DNA of 64,000 bases from Adineta vaga (Eukaryota > Animalia > Rotifera): contig CP075492.1 of the NCBI GenBank assembly GCA_021613535.1, positions 10,478,001 to 10,542,000 of the forward strand. The letters are read 5' to 3'. The notes below the pieces were generated by a model. That model had not been told where the DNA came from. It saw only the letters and a program-made list of their open reading frames with translations, and made no database searches. Below are positions 11,990-26,230 of the stretch, piece after piece (the first letter of the stretch is position 1; each line of letters opens with the position of its first letter). Made by a program: the position numbers and the translations under genes.

Positions 11990-13406
11990 ATGTATAGAAA
12001 ATATTTTGATCCATTGGATTATAATCTATCGGCTGATTTTCGTTTAACGAAACTGTCCGATCTTAAAGGTTGAGGGTGTAAAGTTCCTCGAGATGTGCTC
12101 CACCGGCTGCTCGAGGGACTTCAAACAGCCGATAAAAACGGCTATGGTGATGGACAGCATCACCAAGGACTCATGCCTGAGTCCAAACCAACACCGGTGG
12201 TCGGTATGTAATTGTTCAATAATTCATTAAAGAGAACATCGAATGTTTTCGAGTTTGTTCTTCTCTAGGAATTGGTCTTGATTCATGTGTAATACCAATA
12301 CGTCATGGCGGACTTTTTCTGGTACAATCAACTGCTTTCTTCTATCCACTAGTCGATGATCCATATGTTATGGGAAAAATCGCTTGTGCAAATGTTTTAA
12401 GTGATGTTTACGCTATGGGAGCTGTGGAAGTAGATAATATGTTAATGTTATTAAGTACAAGCAATAAAATGACAGAAAAAGAACGAGATACTATTATGCC
12501 ATTGATTCTGCAAGGATTCAAAGTAAGAGAACGAATGATTCGATTTGTTTGAAATTGAATGTTGTTTTGATTTATTTATTTATTTAGGATTGTGCTGAAG
12601 AAGCTGGTACAACTGTTCAAGGTGGTCAGACAGTCATTAATCCATGGTTAATTGTCGGTGGTGTAGCTACTTCTGTATGTACACAAAATGAAATAATCAT
12701 TCCAGAAAATGCAATTGTTGGTGATGTATTAGTTTTAACTAAACCATTGGGCACACAGGTTTCATTTTTTATTAACATTTCATTTGAATAATTCTATAAC
12801 AATTGATAAATTCTAGGTAGCTGTCAATGCTCATCAATGGTTAGAAAATCCTGATCGATGGAATCGTATTAAATCTATGATAAGTGAAGATGATGTTCGA
12901 AAAGCCTATCAACGTGCGATGAATTCAATGGCTAGATTAAATAAAATTGGTATATATATTCTTCAAACATATATATATATATTCGATTTGGTTTATTTTT
13001 TTTGCTAGGTGCATCTCTTATGCATAAATATAATGCACACGCTTGTACAGATGTAACTGGCTTTGGTTTATTAGGACATGCTCAAAATTTAGCAAAGCAT
13101 CAAAAACATGACGTCTCATTTGTTATACATAATTTACCAATTATTGCTAAAATGGCAACAATAAGTAAAGCTTGTGGTAATGCATTTGGTTTATTACAAG
13201 GTACAAGTGCTGAAACATCCGGAGGTTTACTTGTTGTTTTACCACGTGAACAAGCAGCAGCTTATTGTAAAGATATTCAAGCACAAGAAGGTTATCAAGC
13301 ATGGATCATCGGTGTAGTTGAGAAAGGTGGTCGAACGGCAAAAATTATTGATAAACCAAGAATTATTGAAGTACCTGCCAAAGATACGGAAGGTGAATTA
13401 TGGTAG
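11990..13406 (+). CDS. SEPHS2: Selenophosphate synthetase, selenoprotein form; in-frame TGA (Sec) at 12071-12073; exons 11990-12203, 12269-12522, 12588-12758, 12817-12949, 13009-13406
   Basis: [17 protein letters not shown]; GIGLDSC; [17 protein letters not shown]; GGQT; [11 protein letters not shown]; ETSGGLL; SECIS in the 3' UTR. Confidence 0.93.
12081..12184 (+). promoter_or_regulatory. Structured UGA-recoding element (SRE-like hairpin plus three further hairpins) in coding exon 1
   Basis: Stems 12081-92/12110-21, 12127-31/12139-43, 12145-52/12158-65, 12167-73/12178-84; first stem begins 7 nt after the TGA. Confidence 0.75.
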
Positions 13407-13460
13407 ATGCGAATCAAAGAAAAAAGGCATTTTGTTGTGAATTATTCAATTTATTGTTTG

Positions 13461-13554
13461 TCTTTATACTAAAATGGATTTGAATGATGTATTAATAACG
13501 AATATAATAGAATATATTCTGTTATAGTTATTAATCTGATTGTTCCAGTAAAGA
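13461..13554 (+). promoter_or_regulatory. Eukaryotic SECIS element (form 2)
   Basis: ATGAT 13484-88 / TGAT 13537-40 core; helix II G(T)ATTAATAAC/GTTATTAATC; unpaired AA 13501-02; apical helix TATAATAGAA/TTCTGTTATA; helix I includes TGGA/TCCA. Confidence 0.88.
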
Positions 13555-13754
13555 TTAACTTAAATTGATCAATTTTTCTTTGTTTGTACTGTAATTTTGT
13601 GAAAATAAAGTCTTTACGAAAGAATTCACATTCTCATCAAGATAAATCTAATCGTACACGTACATACAAAACTTATTTCAATAAATATAACATAAGCTTT
13701 ATTCATGAATAAAATATATTATAAAATGAAGAAAATGTTGTGTTTTCTTCTCTC

Positions 13755-15474
13755 CTAACTATAATTTCCATCTACTACAACAATATGTTCTGGTATGTAG
13801 CCTTGTTTTCCATCACCACGTCTAATTAATTTCCAATTACCAATTGATTCAATCGTATTAACAGGTATGACAACTTCTGATTCCAATACACTAATATCAC
13901 CGACAAATTGTCTTTGATAATTTTCAATTACACGTAAACGTTGATTTGAACGAAAAACAACCGGTTCATGATCAGCAATATTAAATGAAAAACTTTTACA
14001 TGGTGTCATATTTAATGTTCCATAAGCATCTTGATCATACGCATGAAGTGACATATTAGAAATTTGTCGCGAAAGAGTTAAGTCATCTTTTGGTTGTTGA
14101 CGTGTATAAGTATTTGCTTTTATTTTGCGTGGACATGTCGATGAGTGTGACTCATTATTTAATTGACATGGTCCAATTGATGAAATAAAACGACCAGGTG
14201 GTGGATTTGAGATTTCATACGAACGATTATTCATAATTGATAGACGTGAATAATGTGGTTTGTCATAAATACTTACATTGAGTAGACTAATATTATTTTG
14301 TGATGGTGATTCAAATGATGGATTTGAAGGTTCAGATAGACGAAGACAATAAATAGGTACTAAACCTGTTTCGCTAGTTTCGGGGATTTGAATAAAGACC
14401 CAGTTGGATACTTTATACAATGCTTTTACATGTGTATCTAAAGAATAAATGTATATTCAATGAATATATGTCAATATCTGTATTATTCACGCCCAATGTT
14501 CTATTTGTTTCCAATTAGATAGCCAAGTAGAGACGCTCAGAGGAGAAAGAAACAAATATATAACATCTTTCATTATTGATCTATATGCACGTGAAAAAGA
14601 TTAACAATGCGTATTAACTTTGATATGAATACAGAAGAAATCGTCAATGAGACGAAACTATGAGGTGTTAGAAGAGCAATTAAATGTCAGTTCAATTGTC
14701 TGCTATCGATCATTTCTATTCTCTCGTTTTTCCAATCAGACAATCGAATGGATTTCTTCATGCAGAACAAAGTGGCTATAAATCTATCTATATATATATA
14801 TACAGACACACGTAATACCTTTCGTTACAGCAATGGTATTCTTATTGAATTGCGTTGATTTAGCATGCAACGGTTTATATGACTGAGAAATAATCATAGA
14901 CAGATTGGCTGGTGATGTAGGTGTTGCATGAGACAGATGTTCATCACTATTGAGATGTTCTAACGGTTGTTCGGAATGATCGACTGGAAGAAATTCTTTT
15001 GTAGTTAATGAATGAGACGAACTTTTAGTTCGATCTTTTTTTGAACACTAAGATGAAAGAAGATTAGTCATAAGATTATATCATCAATTAAACGTACCCT
15101 TTCTATTGAATTTGTTTCGGATTTACCTGGAACAAAATCATAAGATCGTTCTTTATTGATTCGTTTACAGGCACTTGTCAACTCTAGAAGTACAAAAATA
15201 ATGAAGATTCAATTTTTTTAGATATTTCTGATCGAAAAAAAACCCTTTTTCTACTTACTTAGAATATTACATGAATCCCACATATTCTACGAATGAGTAA
15301 TATGTGCAAAGAAAAAGACAGTTTTATACTCAACAGGGGGAATATAATTATCCGTTTTTTTTGTATGTAGATGAAAGGATATTCATGTAGTTCGTTTGAA
15401 TGAATCTTACCTTTGACATGTTTGCGAAATTGAAGAATACGTAAAAGTTTGGCAAATGTTTTTGATTGTTCCAT
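13755..15474 (-). CDS. SH3-domain protein (probably two SH3-like domains), multi-exon
   Basis: C-terminal LRVIENY...GDISV...WKLIRRGDGKQGYIP; a second WVFI...ETGLVP segment; splice sites link to ATG at 15474. Confidence 0.6.
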
Positions 15475-15840
15475 GCAGTTAAACAAGGATGGCAATGTTG
15501 AAAATCAACTTAGCATTGTAATTAGGACGATGTCTATGAATCGAAATGAACGAAATAACGAATGATCACACCTGTTTCTATTCTGAACCAATGAACGAAA
15601 GAAAAAGAGAGGAAGAGCGAGAGAGTGAAGAAGAAGAAAAAACAGAATGACCTTCAGCAGAGTTCATGCAATGAAGTCTGTTCGTCTTTTTGATTTGCTC
15701 ATATGTGATAATCGGACATAAGTATCTATCATTATAGTGTCTAACGGTTCAGATTGATTGATCTCTTGAGAATCAGATCTTTCAAAAGATTTATTTTTTT
15801 TTCTTTAAATTAGAAAACAAGAAAACAAATAAGATATTTA

Positions 15841-18310
15841 TTAAACAGTCACATCAAGAATTTCTTTAGAGAGAAAAGACGTTCGTTGCGTTAGATCTTG
15901 ATCAGATCGAATTCGTTTGATCCATATTTGTTCATTATTCGGTAATGAACGATATGAATAAGATCTGGGATGAAATTTTGATTTTAGAATCGTTGAATTT
16001 ACTTCAGGAAATGAATAGGATGACTGTTTTGAAGGAATAGTAGATATTTTTTCAGGTATTTTTCGAGCAAATGAGGATTTCAACGGTCGATTATCAGCAA
16101 CTGAAGGAAAATTAAATATAGGTGCTTGTCGAACGATATTTGTTGGAGTTTTAATTGAATTTATAGTTGGTGATGAATGTATCTAAACAGAAAATATGAA
16201 AACGATTTAGTATGCAGATAGTCAACAGTTTAATATCTAAACAATTCTAATCTAATAAGACAATATTCTACAAATTGAACTCTGCGATACGATGTTTCTA
16301 TTACTCATAAAATTTAAAGTAATTGGTTTTTATATATAGAATGTTACTCGTTTTGCATTTATTCCTTTCATCTACATATTATAGATATTTATATATATAT
16401 ACATAGATTAGCAACAAATAAAAAATAGAATTTTTAAAATTCATTCTTTTGAATCATTTCTTTACTTACCGATCTCATTCGTAAAGAAATCTGTGAATCG
16501 TTTGATTTAATTTTCTTTGTTCTGGATTTGACTGTTGGTGAACAAAATGAAAATCGCAAAAACCAGATTCGTTCATCTTTATCAATTGATTGATTTTTAT
16601 ATGAATTCAAACGATTAAAATACTTTGATTGGCCATCAGTACTTATATTCGATATACGCGTATTTAGTTGACAACCAGGATTTGAATTATTTACCTGAGA
16701 AATATCGTCCAAAGAATTCATACATGAACTTCGATGCGTCGTAGATTTTTTCGTCCATTCAGGATTAATATATTGTGCACAATATTTGCTGAGAAATGAA
16801 AAATTTGAACGAAATGTTGAACGAAATCGTTCCGAAAAACAACAATATAAAACAAAATTAATTGATGCATTTACAGCTACTAAACAATTGGCAAAATTAT
16901 TATAGATTAATACTTGAGATGTTCGAGCTAATTTAGGAAAAATGGATAGAACTGTTAAGGAAATCGCTTGAGGAATTTGACAAACAGTAAAAACAAGGAC
17001 GACAGCAACTAAAAACAAAAATAAAATGAGAAAATATAGAATTTTTCGAAATGATTAACATATTGACTGACTTAACATAATGGTCGTTTTTCGTTGTTCA
17101 CCTTGACTACCACGATTATGTCGACGTAATTCAACGCCACCAAGATTTTGCTGTATTTCTTGTTTAGAACGACGAACATATGAAATCAAAATACTATTGA
17201 ATATTAAAAGTAAAACGAGTGGAATCCATATGATGGCAAATCTAAATAAAAGAATTTAATTTAAGATTCAAATCGACTTTTTGATTAGTAAACAAAGAGA
17301 ATCGTAATATGATAAGTGTAGGTAGTGCATGTTGTACTCTTCGTATTTATTAATTTCTAAAATATTCATTGATGCTCATCTTTCATAAAATGAATTATTG
17401 ATGTAATACGATCAATAGAAGCATGATTTCATGTTGTCGAAAGCTTATAGCCGAAGCAAATTCTTTTTAACATATCCAGGTCAAGTTCATGTTTACTATA
17501 TATAGAATATTATATCAAATGATTTGCATGATTTTATATGTGATATTAGATCTTTATCGATAGGTGAAAAAGCAATTATATATAATTTTTCTTTGACAAT
17601 AAACTATCATATTAGTAACTGAGTTCTATGGTCTATGCAACCACGCAATTGATATTTGATCGTGTATAATCTAAATTAACATTTTGAACCTACTATTTAA
17701 ATATAGTTTATCTTCTTTTTTTCTTCAATATTTGTTATTCTAGTAAAAGTAATTTTTAATCATTGATACATACGTTACAAAATTGAAATAAATTTGATGA
17801 TAAAGTACACTATTGCCTAGTGCTGTGGGCTTTGCTCTTATATGAGTTAACAATGGTTTCATTTGAAATATTTCGACTTTCGATCACTCGTACAAGTTTC
17901 ATTTCAAATACTGATGGTAATGTACATAAAAGTGATGCACACATAACACTTAAAATAATCTTTCGTGCTCGATGAATTGTACACCATGTACGACTTTGTA
18001 ATGGATAAGTTATAGCAACCCAACGTTCAACTGTAAATGTAACAGTTAACCAAACACTTGTATTCGAAGAAAAATCAGCGATGGGTCGACAGATAGTTAG
18101 AAGAATTTCCGACAACGATTTATTTGTAAAACAAGGATTTTGTAATGTATTCATGATCAATGTTAATACGAGATAAGCGATATCAACGAGAGCTAAAGCT
18201 ACGAGATAATTATTCGTTGATGATCTAATCATGCGTCGTTTTGTTAGAATAATCACGACTAATATATTACCAGTTACACCTAGATAATTACATGAAAGTA
18301 TAATGAACAA
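15841..18310 (-). CDS. Class A (FMRFamide/peptide-receptor-like) GPCR; apparent frameshift near 17850; 5' exon not located
   Basis: GNILV, LALVD, FTVERWVAI, CQIP, NASINFVLY; donor AGATCG|GTAAGT near 16469 splices in frame to a last exon 16182-15841. Confidence 0.7.
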
Positions 18311-20809
18311 AAGACAACGTGTTATTTGGAATTTTAATTATGGTAATCGATTTATATTCTGACATTTCACTGAAATAACTCATTGAAAGGTTTTGTTGAC
18401 ATTGTTCTATGTTTACTATATGGAACTGTTTTTATCCGAAAATAAATTCTTACCGAAAAAAGATATGATTGGCCAAAGCCAATTTTTTATTAATATTCGA
18501 ACAAAAAAAAGACTTGGATCAGTATTCTGTCGAGCTAGTATCGAAGCATTACAATGGACCAAACCAAACATATCTTGCTATTGATGGATTGATTTGTCAT
18601 GTGAAGTTAATCAAATGGAATACACAACAGCAATTTGATATTCTCTTTTTCTAATCAACTGACAATGTAACAACATTGGTTTATTATCTAAAAAAAAGAA
18701 CGAGAGAAATATAGGAAGAAAAGACAAGCACAAATCATAATTAGCAAATAATAACATAAAGGATACTAAACAAAGGAAACTGTCTTTGAAAAAGAAAGAG
18801 ATGTACTCTCGCTCTTTCATATGCAATATAGAAATTGTCAAACGTATGGAGAACGAACGATAATAGCAAAGAAAATATTTTTTCGTATTTTTCTTTTTCT
18901 ATCGATTGTTCGTCTAGTCCATGACAGGATGACAAAAAAGATACTTATATCAATAAAAAAAAGAAGAAATTTATTGAAGTGATAAAACTTTCGATTTCAT
19001 CTAATTGAAAATCTAATGTACCATACTGGATTTCCGTTATCCATATAAATAGGCATGACATACCTACTAGAACTCGTCAATTCTATATCATGCTTTCTAT
19101 TAATATTCATTTACATGACCGTGAAATGACGATATCTTTTTTTTAAATCGGAAACTAACCGAAATGAATAATATGCAAAAAAGAAGTCATCGCAGTACGA
19201 TCTTTTTTTTTCTATGAAACGAACTTTTTCTTTGCTAAATTAAGTGCATTTTAAGTAAAACCGAAAGAAAAGAGACTACTCTACTTAATGCAGATTTACC
19301 TTTCTATTGTTCGTTAATAATATGTTGAAGAGAAAAGCTATTTTCTGAAGAATATATAAACATATTGTCCAATAAATGTGCTCTTACTTCTTTATATTCC
19401 ACATACTCAAAACAAATGTATGCAAAACTCAATTGAAAAAAAAACAAAATCGGTAACCTTTTTACACATAGAATAAACAATTCTTTTCTCATAGGAAATA
19501 TTTCTTTGTGTATTAACTTAGGAAAATAGATTTATTTTTTATCTCTATTCTTTCACAAGTTCATCTATTCATCACTTTCAAACGGCATAATGATCATGCT
19601 TTATTCAAATATTCGTAGTCATACTTACCTACTTAGAAAAATCAATTAAATATGATGATAATTCAATCATAAATATTGATAAATGTATTGTTACATTTCT
19701 TTATTTATATAAGACATGATCGATACTATACAGTACAACTGTTTGGTCAAGAACGATCTATATTAGATGAGATAAATAGAGATAATAATCAATCGGTATT
19801 GTATATGCATAACTGCTTTTCCTAATAGATTTTTTTCCTGTGCAATGTCTGCAGGAAGTAAATGTAAGGACGGGTATATCGAAGGAATAAATGATCAATA
19901 AAGATTATAATTGCACCTTTGATTTATTCATGCGTATAATGAAAAAATGTGCTTTTTTTTCTTTCTACAATGATCATCTAGCAAATATCTGTTTAGTCAT
20001 ATGATTTGACTGTGAAGTGAAATGACAAGTCGAATAAATACGTGACTTATAACATATACTGAGAATGATAATTACATTAATGAAAACGGCTTGATGTTTA
20101 TATCTTAATATCTAAAATTTTCTAAAGAGTTGATTAAAGAAAAGGTCTGTTTTTGTATAATCTATTAAACACATATTTACTTTCGAGAAACAATGGTTTA
20201 TCCAAGTTTTCTCGACCTATATAAACTCCTTCAACTCAATAGTAGCCGAGATTACAAAATGTATTAATACTCTTACTAATAAGATCATATCTAAAGAAAA
20301 GATCTAGTTTTTGCTTTTTAATTTTATAAATTATGTTTATTTTTATATACTGTGCTTTCCAGTCTAAGATACATCATAGACATTATTTTTATCTTTGAAT
20401 ACATTTCAATACGAGGGTTTTCTTGATAAATAATTCAAAATTCTCGAATAAACATTTCTTTAAGGTATCGTTTAATATGAAATTCTCAAGCAGAATCTGA
20501 TTGAATATCTAAATCAGTATACCTCAGGGAAATTTCGACAGATTTTACTAATAAATCTTTTCGGTGAATACTTAATGATTTATTATTCGACGATATCATA
20601 TGTCAGTTCTTTAGTTTTATGAACGGGAGTCTCATGTGATGTTTTCGTTACTTCGTGAGAGAGAGACAAGTTAATGACTGATTAATATTTCATTATTGTA
20701 TTAAATATTCATATATACTATACGACATGTTACAAAAAGAGAGAACAATATATATTTTTTAACGCACGCCTCTATAAATAGTTTCCAATGTAAGTAATAT
20801 ATTAAATCT

Positions 20810-21994
20810 TCACATTTTTGTTGTATAATTTAAATTAGAACGATAATTCTGAGCTGATTGTTTCATTAATTGTGTAACTGTACCTTGTGGTGGCCGATTC
20901 AATTGTCTTAGTGTAGTTATACCATGATTGGAATTTGTTATCTGTTGATCATGAGTAAACTTATTAAGACATGGGAAACATTTGAAAAATTCTTTTCGAA
21001 ATAATTTTGATGTTAAACAATGTAAATAGAAATTCAATGCATAATTGATTGTTATAATTAAACCAAATATTGATGCTAAAAGAAGACTGAATGAAAATGA
21101 TTGTTGAATATTGAATGTTGAAAGCGCAAGACGAAATAATCCAACAGGAATGGTCGTAAAGAAGAAAAGAGTTAATGTAGCAAACATTAGTATTAACATT
21201 TGTCGATGTAGATAACGTGCACGACGTCTTTCTTGTTGATTAACGATTGATTGTGTTATTGGGAGAACACGATTTCGTCGAGCTGTAATCTCTCTTCTTA
21301 TTGCTATAAGTAAAATGATGATACAACATGCAGGAATAATTGTCACCGAAAAAGTTGTTATACTTGGCCAAAAATAAGTATAAAAATATGAATATGTTGA
21401 ATACAGTCGATTAGCACCACAAGTTGTTGTTACTCCTGGTGCGATTTGACCAAACATTGGTGTAAGTAAATGTATATGTAAAAGACAATCGAAACTTAAT
21501 GCAACTATTATGGAATAAATAGCTGTTCGAGGTTTACAAATCTGCTGAGCCCGAAGAGAATATCTTGAACGTATCCATCGATCACATGTAACTAAAATAA
21601 AAATCATTAAGTTATTTCAATTTTGATTACAAATATATCTACTTGTTGTAAGCATCCATGCACTAAAATTAGTCGATAGGTAACTAATAAAATGTCGAAA
21701 TTGACATGTATGAGCATAATTTGTTTGATCCGAAATTTTAAAACCATAGATAATTAAAACATATGAACAAAGTAGTAAATAAATTGTGTCAGATATACTC
21801 ATTGCTAAGAATAATATTCCGGTACTTAAAGTTCTCATGGTTTTTTGTGAAAATGTTATTATTTGACAAATATTACCCATAAATCCAATAAACATGACGG
21901 TCATATATCCGTAAAGATAAATATTCGATGAAACATATATATAATAATAGTCTAATGATGTCAGAGTTGTATAAGAAGAACCCGAATTATTCAT
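20810..21994 (-). CDS. Class A GPCR (2 exons)
   Basis: GNIC, LAMSISD, TCDRW, TTIP, NYALNFYLHCLTSKLFR; seven hydrophobic segments; intron about 21592-21642. Confidence 0.85.
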
Positions 21995-22940
21995 ATTTTT
22001 AATACTGTTGAGATAGAATGAAGGAAATGTCGAAAGGATCAGTATAGTAATATTAAAGTTGAATTGCGTCGGCCTATATATAGAAACTGCTACCATGACA
22101 GTTGCTATCTCATGTTTTTGATTAGAATTTTTGTCTATAATTATTTGCTAATCTTATATTCTGAGGAAGAACGGAATTGGCAAAGAATGAGGATGTACTT
22201 TTGATTCTACTGAAAATGCTAACAGGGCGTAAATTTTAATGATGGTTAGTTTCTATTTTTCTCATGAAGAAGACAATGCCGAGCGTTTTGTCTTTTTAGT
22301 GGAATGTCTGAAAAAAAGTAGCTCTCGAAAATCTGCGTACAGCATCAATTAATTTCGGGTGAAGGGTTACATCGAAGCATGACAATAAGTTAAATTATTT
22401 TATCTTCACGTCAATTTGATTCTGAAAGATTAATTCCATACATGTCGCGTACAAAGATCAGCGATGTTTTTGACCAGAAGGAATCTTGCACTGTCAGATA
22501 GAATTTGAAACGAACGTCATCATGAATGATAATTTTTTATAAAGATTTAATTCTACTAACTAAACGGTAAATGCATAGAATACGAAGAGTACCTTTTCAT
22601 CTTTCGGTAATTCAGCATGACTATGTTGAAAGAATAGGTATCATGTCATTATGACAGTCAGAAGTGATATAATCATAGGTAATAAGTCTAAAACTCCTTC
22701 ATTAGCTGGATATATTTGGAAATATTCAGTTTATAGATCATGTATTAACAAAAACAAAATATTCGATAAAAAAAAGAACATAAAAAACCGTGATTTTGAT
22801 ACAAATTAAAAAGTTACATGAGTGGTAAGCATATTGTCAAGACCTCTCAATACATAGCTCTCAAAAAAAATCAACTCCAACACATTGAAATAATAAACCT
22901 GTTCGTCACTTCTTTCTTAGAGTTGTTTGTGATAAATACT

Positions 22941-23708
22941 CTAAATTTCAATTAATTCTGAATGAAAATCTTGTTGTACAGTTTCAAAACTTTCCGTTGG
23001 TGAACAATGTCGATGGTTAGGAAGATTAATAGCATGAAAATCATCCGATGGTGTTAAATGTTCGGCTGCACGTGCTCGATATTCAAAATTTTGATGTAAT
23101 GCATGAATCGATGCTTGACGATTTAATATATCAAAACCAATATATGCAACTTCAAGCATACTAAGTACAACATAAGTAAATAAATTTTCCACACGTACTA
23201 ATCGACTTTCTCGACTACATTTATAAATATTTAGATAATCTCTTTCATATAAAATCACCATTAAAAGTGTATGTAATGCTAATGTTAATAGAACTAATAA
23301 TTGCATTGCACCGTACCATGTTATACCAAGATCATTTCGAACTTTGGTATTTTCCCATTTACGAAGGATAATTATAAATAACGATAAATAACACATAACA
23401 ATAATTGATATAAATATAAAATGTGTTACTTTAAGAAAACGTAATTGTGCATGTTCATATATACAATGATTAACAGTTGTAAAACATGAATAGATTTGTG
23501 AAGATATATTATAAGATATTGGATGTTGATTATAAGCATTATAAAGATGAATTTCAGATGCACTCACGTGTAGGCTATTAAAAAATAAAGCACCAGCTTC
23601 GACACAAAATAGAACAACGATAAATTTTGGATCCATCGTTTTTTGGGGAATAGTTGGAAGACTATGTTGACTTTGTTTTGTGATCGATAACGGTCTTTGA
23701 TATTCCAT
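22941..23708 (-). CDS. Unknown multi-pass membrane protein (about 4 TM), intronless ORF
   Basis: 255-aa ORF with four hydrophobic stretches; no family recognised. Confidence 0.6.
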   Translation of the reverse strand: MEYQRPLSITKQSQHSLPTIPQKTMDPKFIVVLFCVEAGALFFNSLHVSASEIHLYNAYNQHPISYNISSQIYSCFTTVNHCIYEHAQLRFLKVTHFIFISIIVMCYLSLFIIILRKWENTKVRNDLGITWYGAMQLLVLLTLALHTLLMVILYERDYLNIYKCSRESRLVRVENLFTYVVLSMLEVAYIGFDILNRQASIHALHQNFEYRARAAEHLTPSDDFHAINLPNHRHCSPTESFETVQQDFHSELIEI

Positions 23709-24790
23709 TTGGTTTTTTTTCTAGAATAAAAACAGAAGATTGAAGCATTGGGATTTCAAGTTGAAACAATTGTATTCTATAGAAATGAAAGACTAAACCA
23801 CAAACGGCTGTGTATATGAAAATAATAACATACTAGAAATATAAGACTTTCTTTCGTTCTTTCTTTTCGAACTGTAGATATTCTTTGTAAAAAAAAATGT
23901 TATTTCTCTTTCACCTGTAAGCATTCAAAATATGTATGTGTAATTGGATTAAAGACTAATGGTTAATAGGAACTTTCAAATAATGACACATAAGAAAAAC
24001 AGAACAAAGCGAAAACTTTACGTAAGATATAACGAACGTCTGTTTTAGTCTTAGTTAAATAGTAAATATACTCATTGAATTAAGTTCGATAGAGAAATCA
24101 AACGATAACTTGATGAACATTAATGAATGAAGCCAACTGAGGACAGATATGTTACATGGTAATCAATACATATCAATGAGAGACATGATGGAACAAAGAA
24201 TTTTAAGTCAATCAAGTAGATGTCTGAAGTGGTGAATTTTTATCACAAAGCAATTTCTCTCTTCTTTGTTATTACATCAAATCATAAATCAATCACCTTC
24301 AGGTACCTTCTTATTGAAAGTAAACTAATGTAAAGATGATGAAAAACTTCTGAGATAAGAAAACAAAATGAAATTTTATCAAGATCGTAAAAGATTTTGT
24401 TATTGTTTTTGTTGTTGTTGTTGTGTACGATTGGAATATATTCATGGAAATCCATTTTTACAAACCTTTGATGTATGAGTAATAGACTATTAGATTTCAT
24501 CCGATACAGAATAAAATATGGCAATAGCTGTTTGCAGTTGAATGTATTGATAGTTACTTTAAAATAGAAACGAAAATATGTACGTTTTTTTTCTCTTCAT
24601 TTATTTTACGCGTTCGAATGTTCTCTTGGATTTTTTTTTCGTCTTTCTTCTTTCAAAGTAAATAGTCAATATTTCATTACATATCACCAAGAGAGAGAGA
24701 AAGAAAGAAAAATGGAGAAAGAAACTCATCGTCTCTTGCATCCATAGACAAAAGAAAACGCGACAACAACAAGTTTTTTATTTTGACATT

Positions 24791-25415
24791 ATGCCAAAAT
24801 ATCAATTATCAGCAGCATCAGAATATCGGTAATGATTAAAATATAAACATTTTCAACTAATTATTTGTATTCTTTAGAATTTTAGTTTTAGGTGATCGAT
24901 CTGTCGGAAAAACGTCATTGATTATTCGTTATGTTCGCAATGAATTTCCTTCTCGTCGACTGTCTTCAGATGAATTAACAACTTCTTATCAGACAATTAT
25001 CGATGGAAAAGATTATACGTTAATCTTTCGTGAAATTTCAACAATATATGAACTTGATAAATTGACATTTTCGGATACAATTCCAACTGCATGTTTAATA
25101 CTCTTCTCGATTACTGATGAACAAAGTTTTTCCAATGTACATATTTTCTATGAAAAACTTCGTTCGAAACTTTCTACTCAATCAATACATATACCGATTT
25201 TACTCATAGCAAATAAAATTGATCTAGAACATGAACGTGCTGTTAGTGAAGAATCCATTGATAAATTAAAATTTCATGGTATTGATGTATTTGATATAAG
25301 TGTGAAAGGAAATGTTGGTATTGGTGATATTATTTATACTGCAATTAAACATTTACAATATGATAATTTAGACAGAATCAAACCGCCCAATGCTTGTGCT
25401 TGTATAATCACGTAA
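24791..25415 (+). CDS. Atypical Ras-family small GTPase (2 exons)
   Basis: G1 GDRSVGKT, G4 NKID, G5-like SVK, C-terminal CIIT CaaX; G3 DxxG absent. Confidence 0.8.
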
Positions 25416-25527
25416 AACATGTCTTTTTTCTTTATTGAGTAAAATAGGATGAATGAAATATGATACAAATAGCAAAGCGAAAAACACAGAAATATTGTTT
25501 TTTTATTTTGAAAATCTTGTTTCTTTT

Positions 25528-26230
<703 letters not shown>

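Noticed and set aside
12071-12073. In-frame TGA read as a pseudogene lesion
   Set aside because: It sits at the known Sec site (KG-U-GCK) and is supported by SRE and SECIS structures
18320-20800. Long AT-rich region with short ORFs
   Set aside because: Low-complexity, Phe/Lys-rich spurious ORFs; no RNA gene or repeat structure recognised
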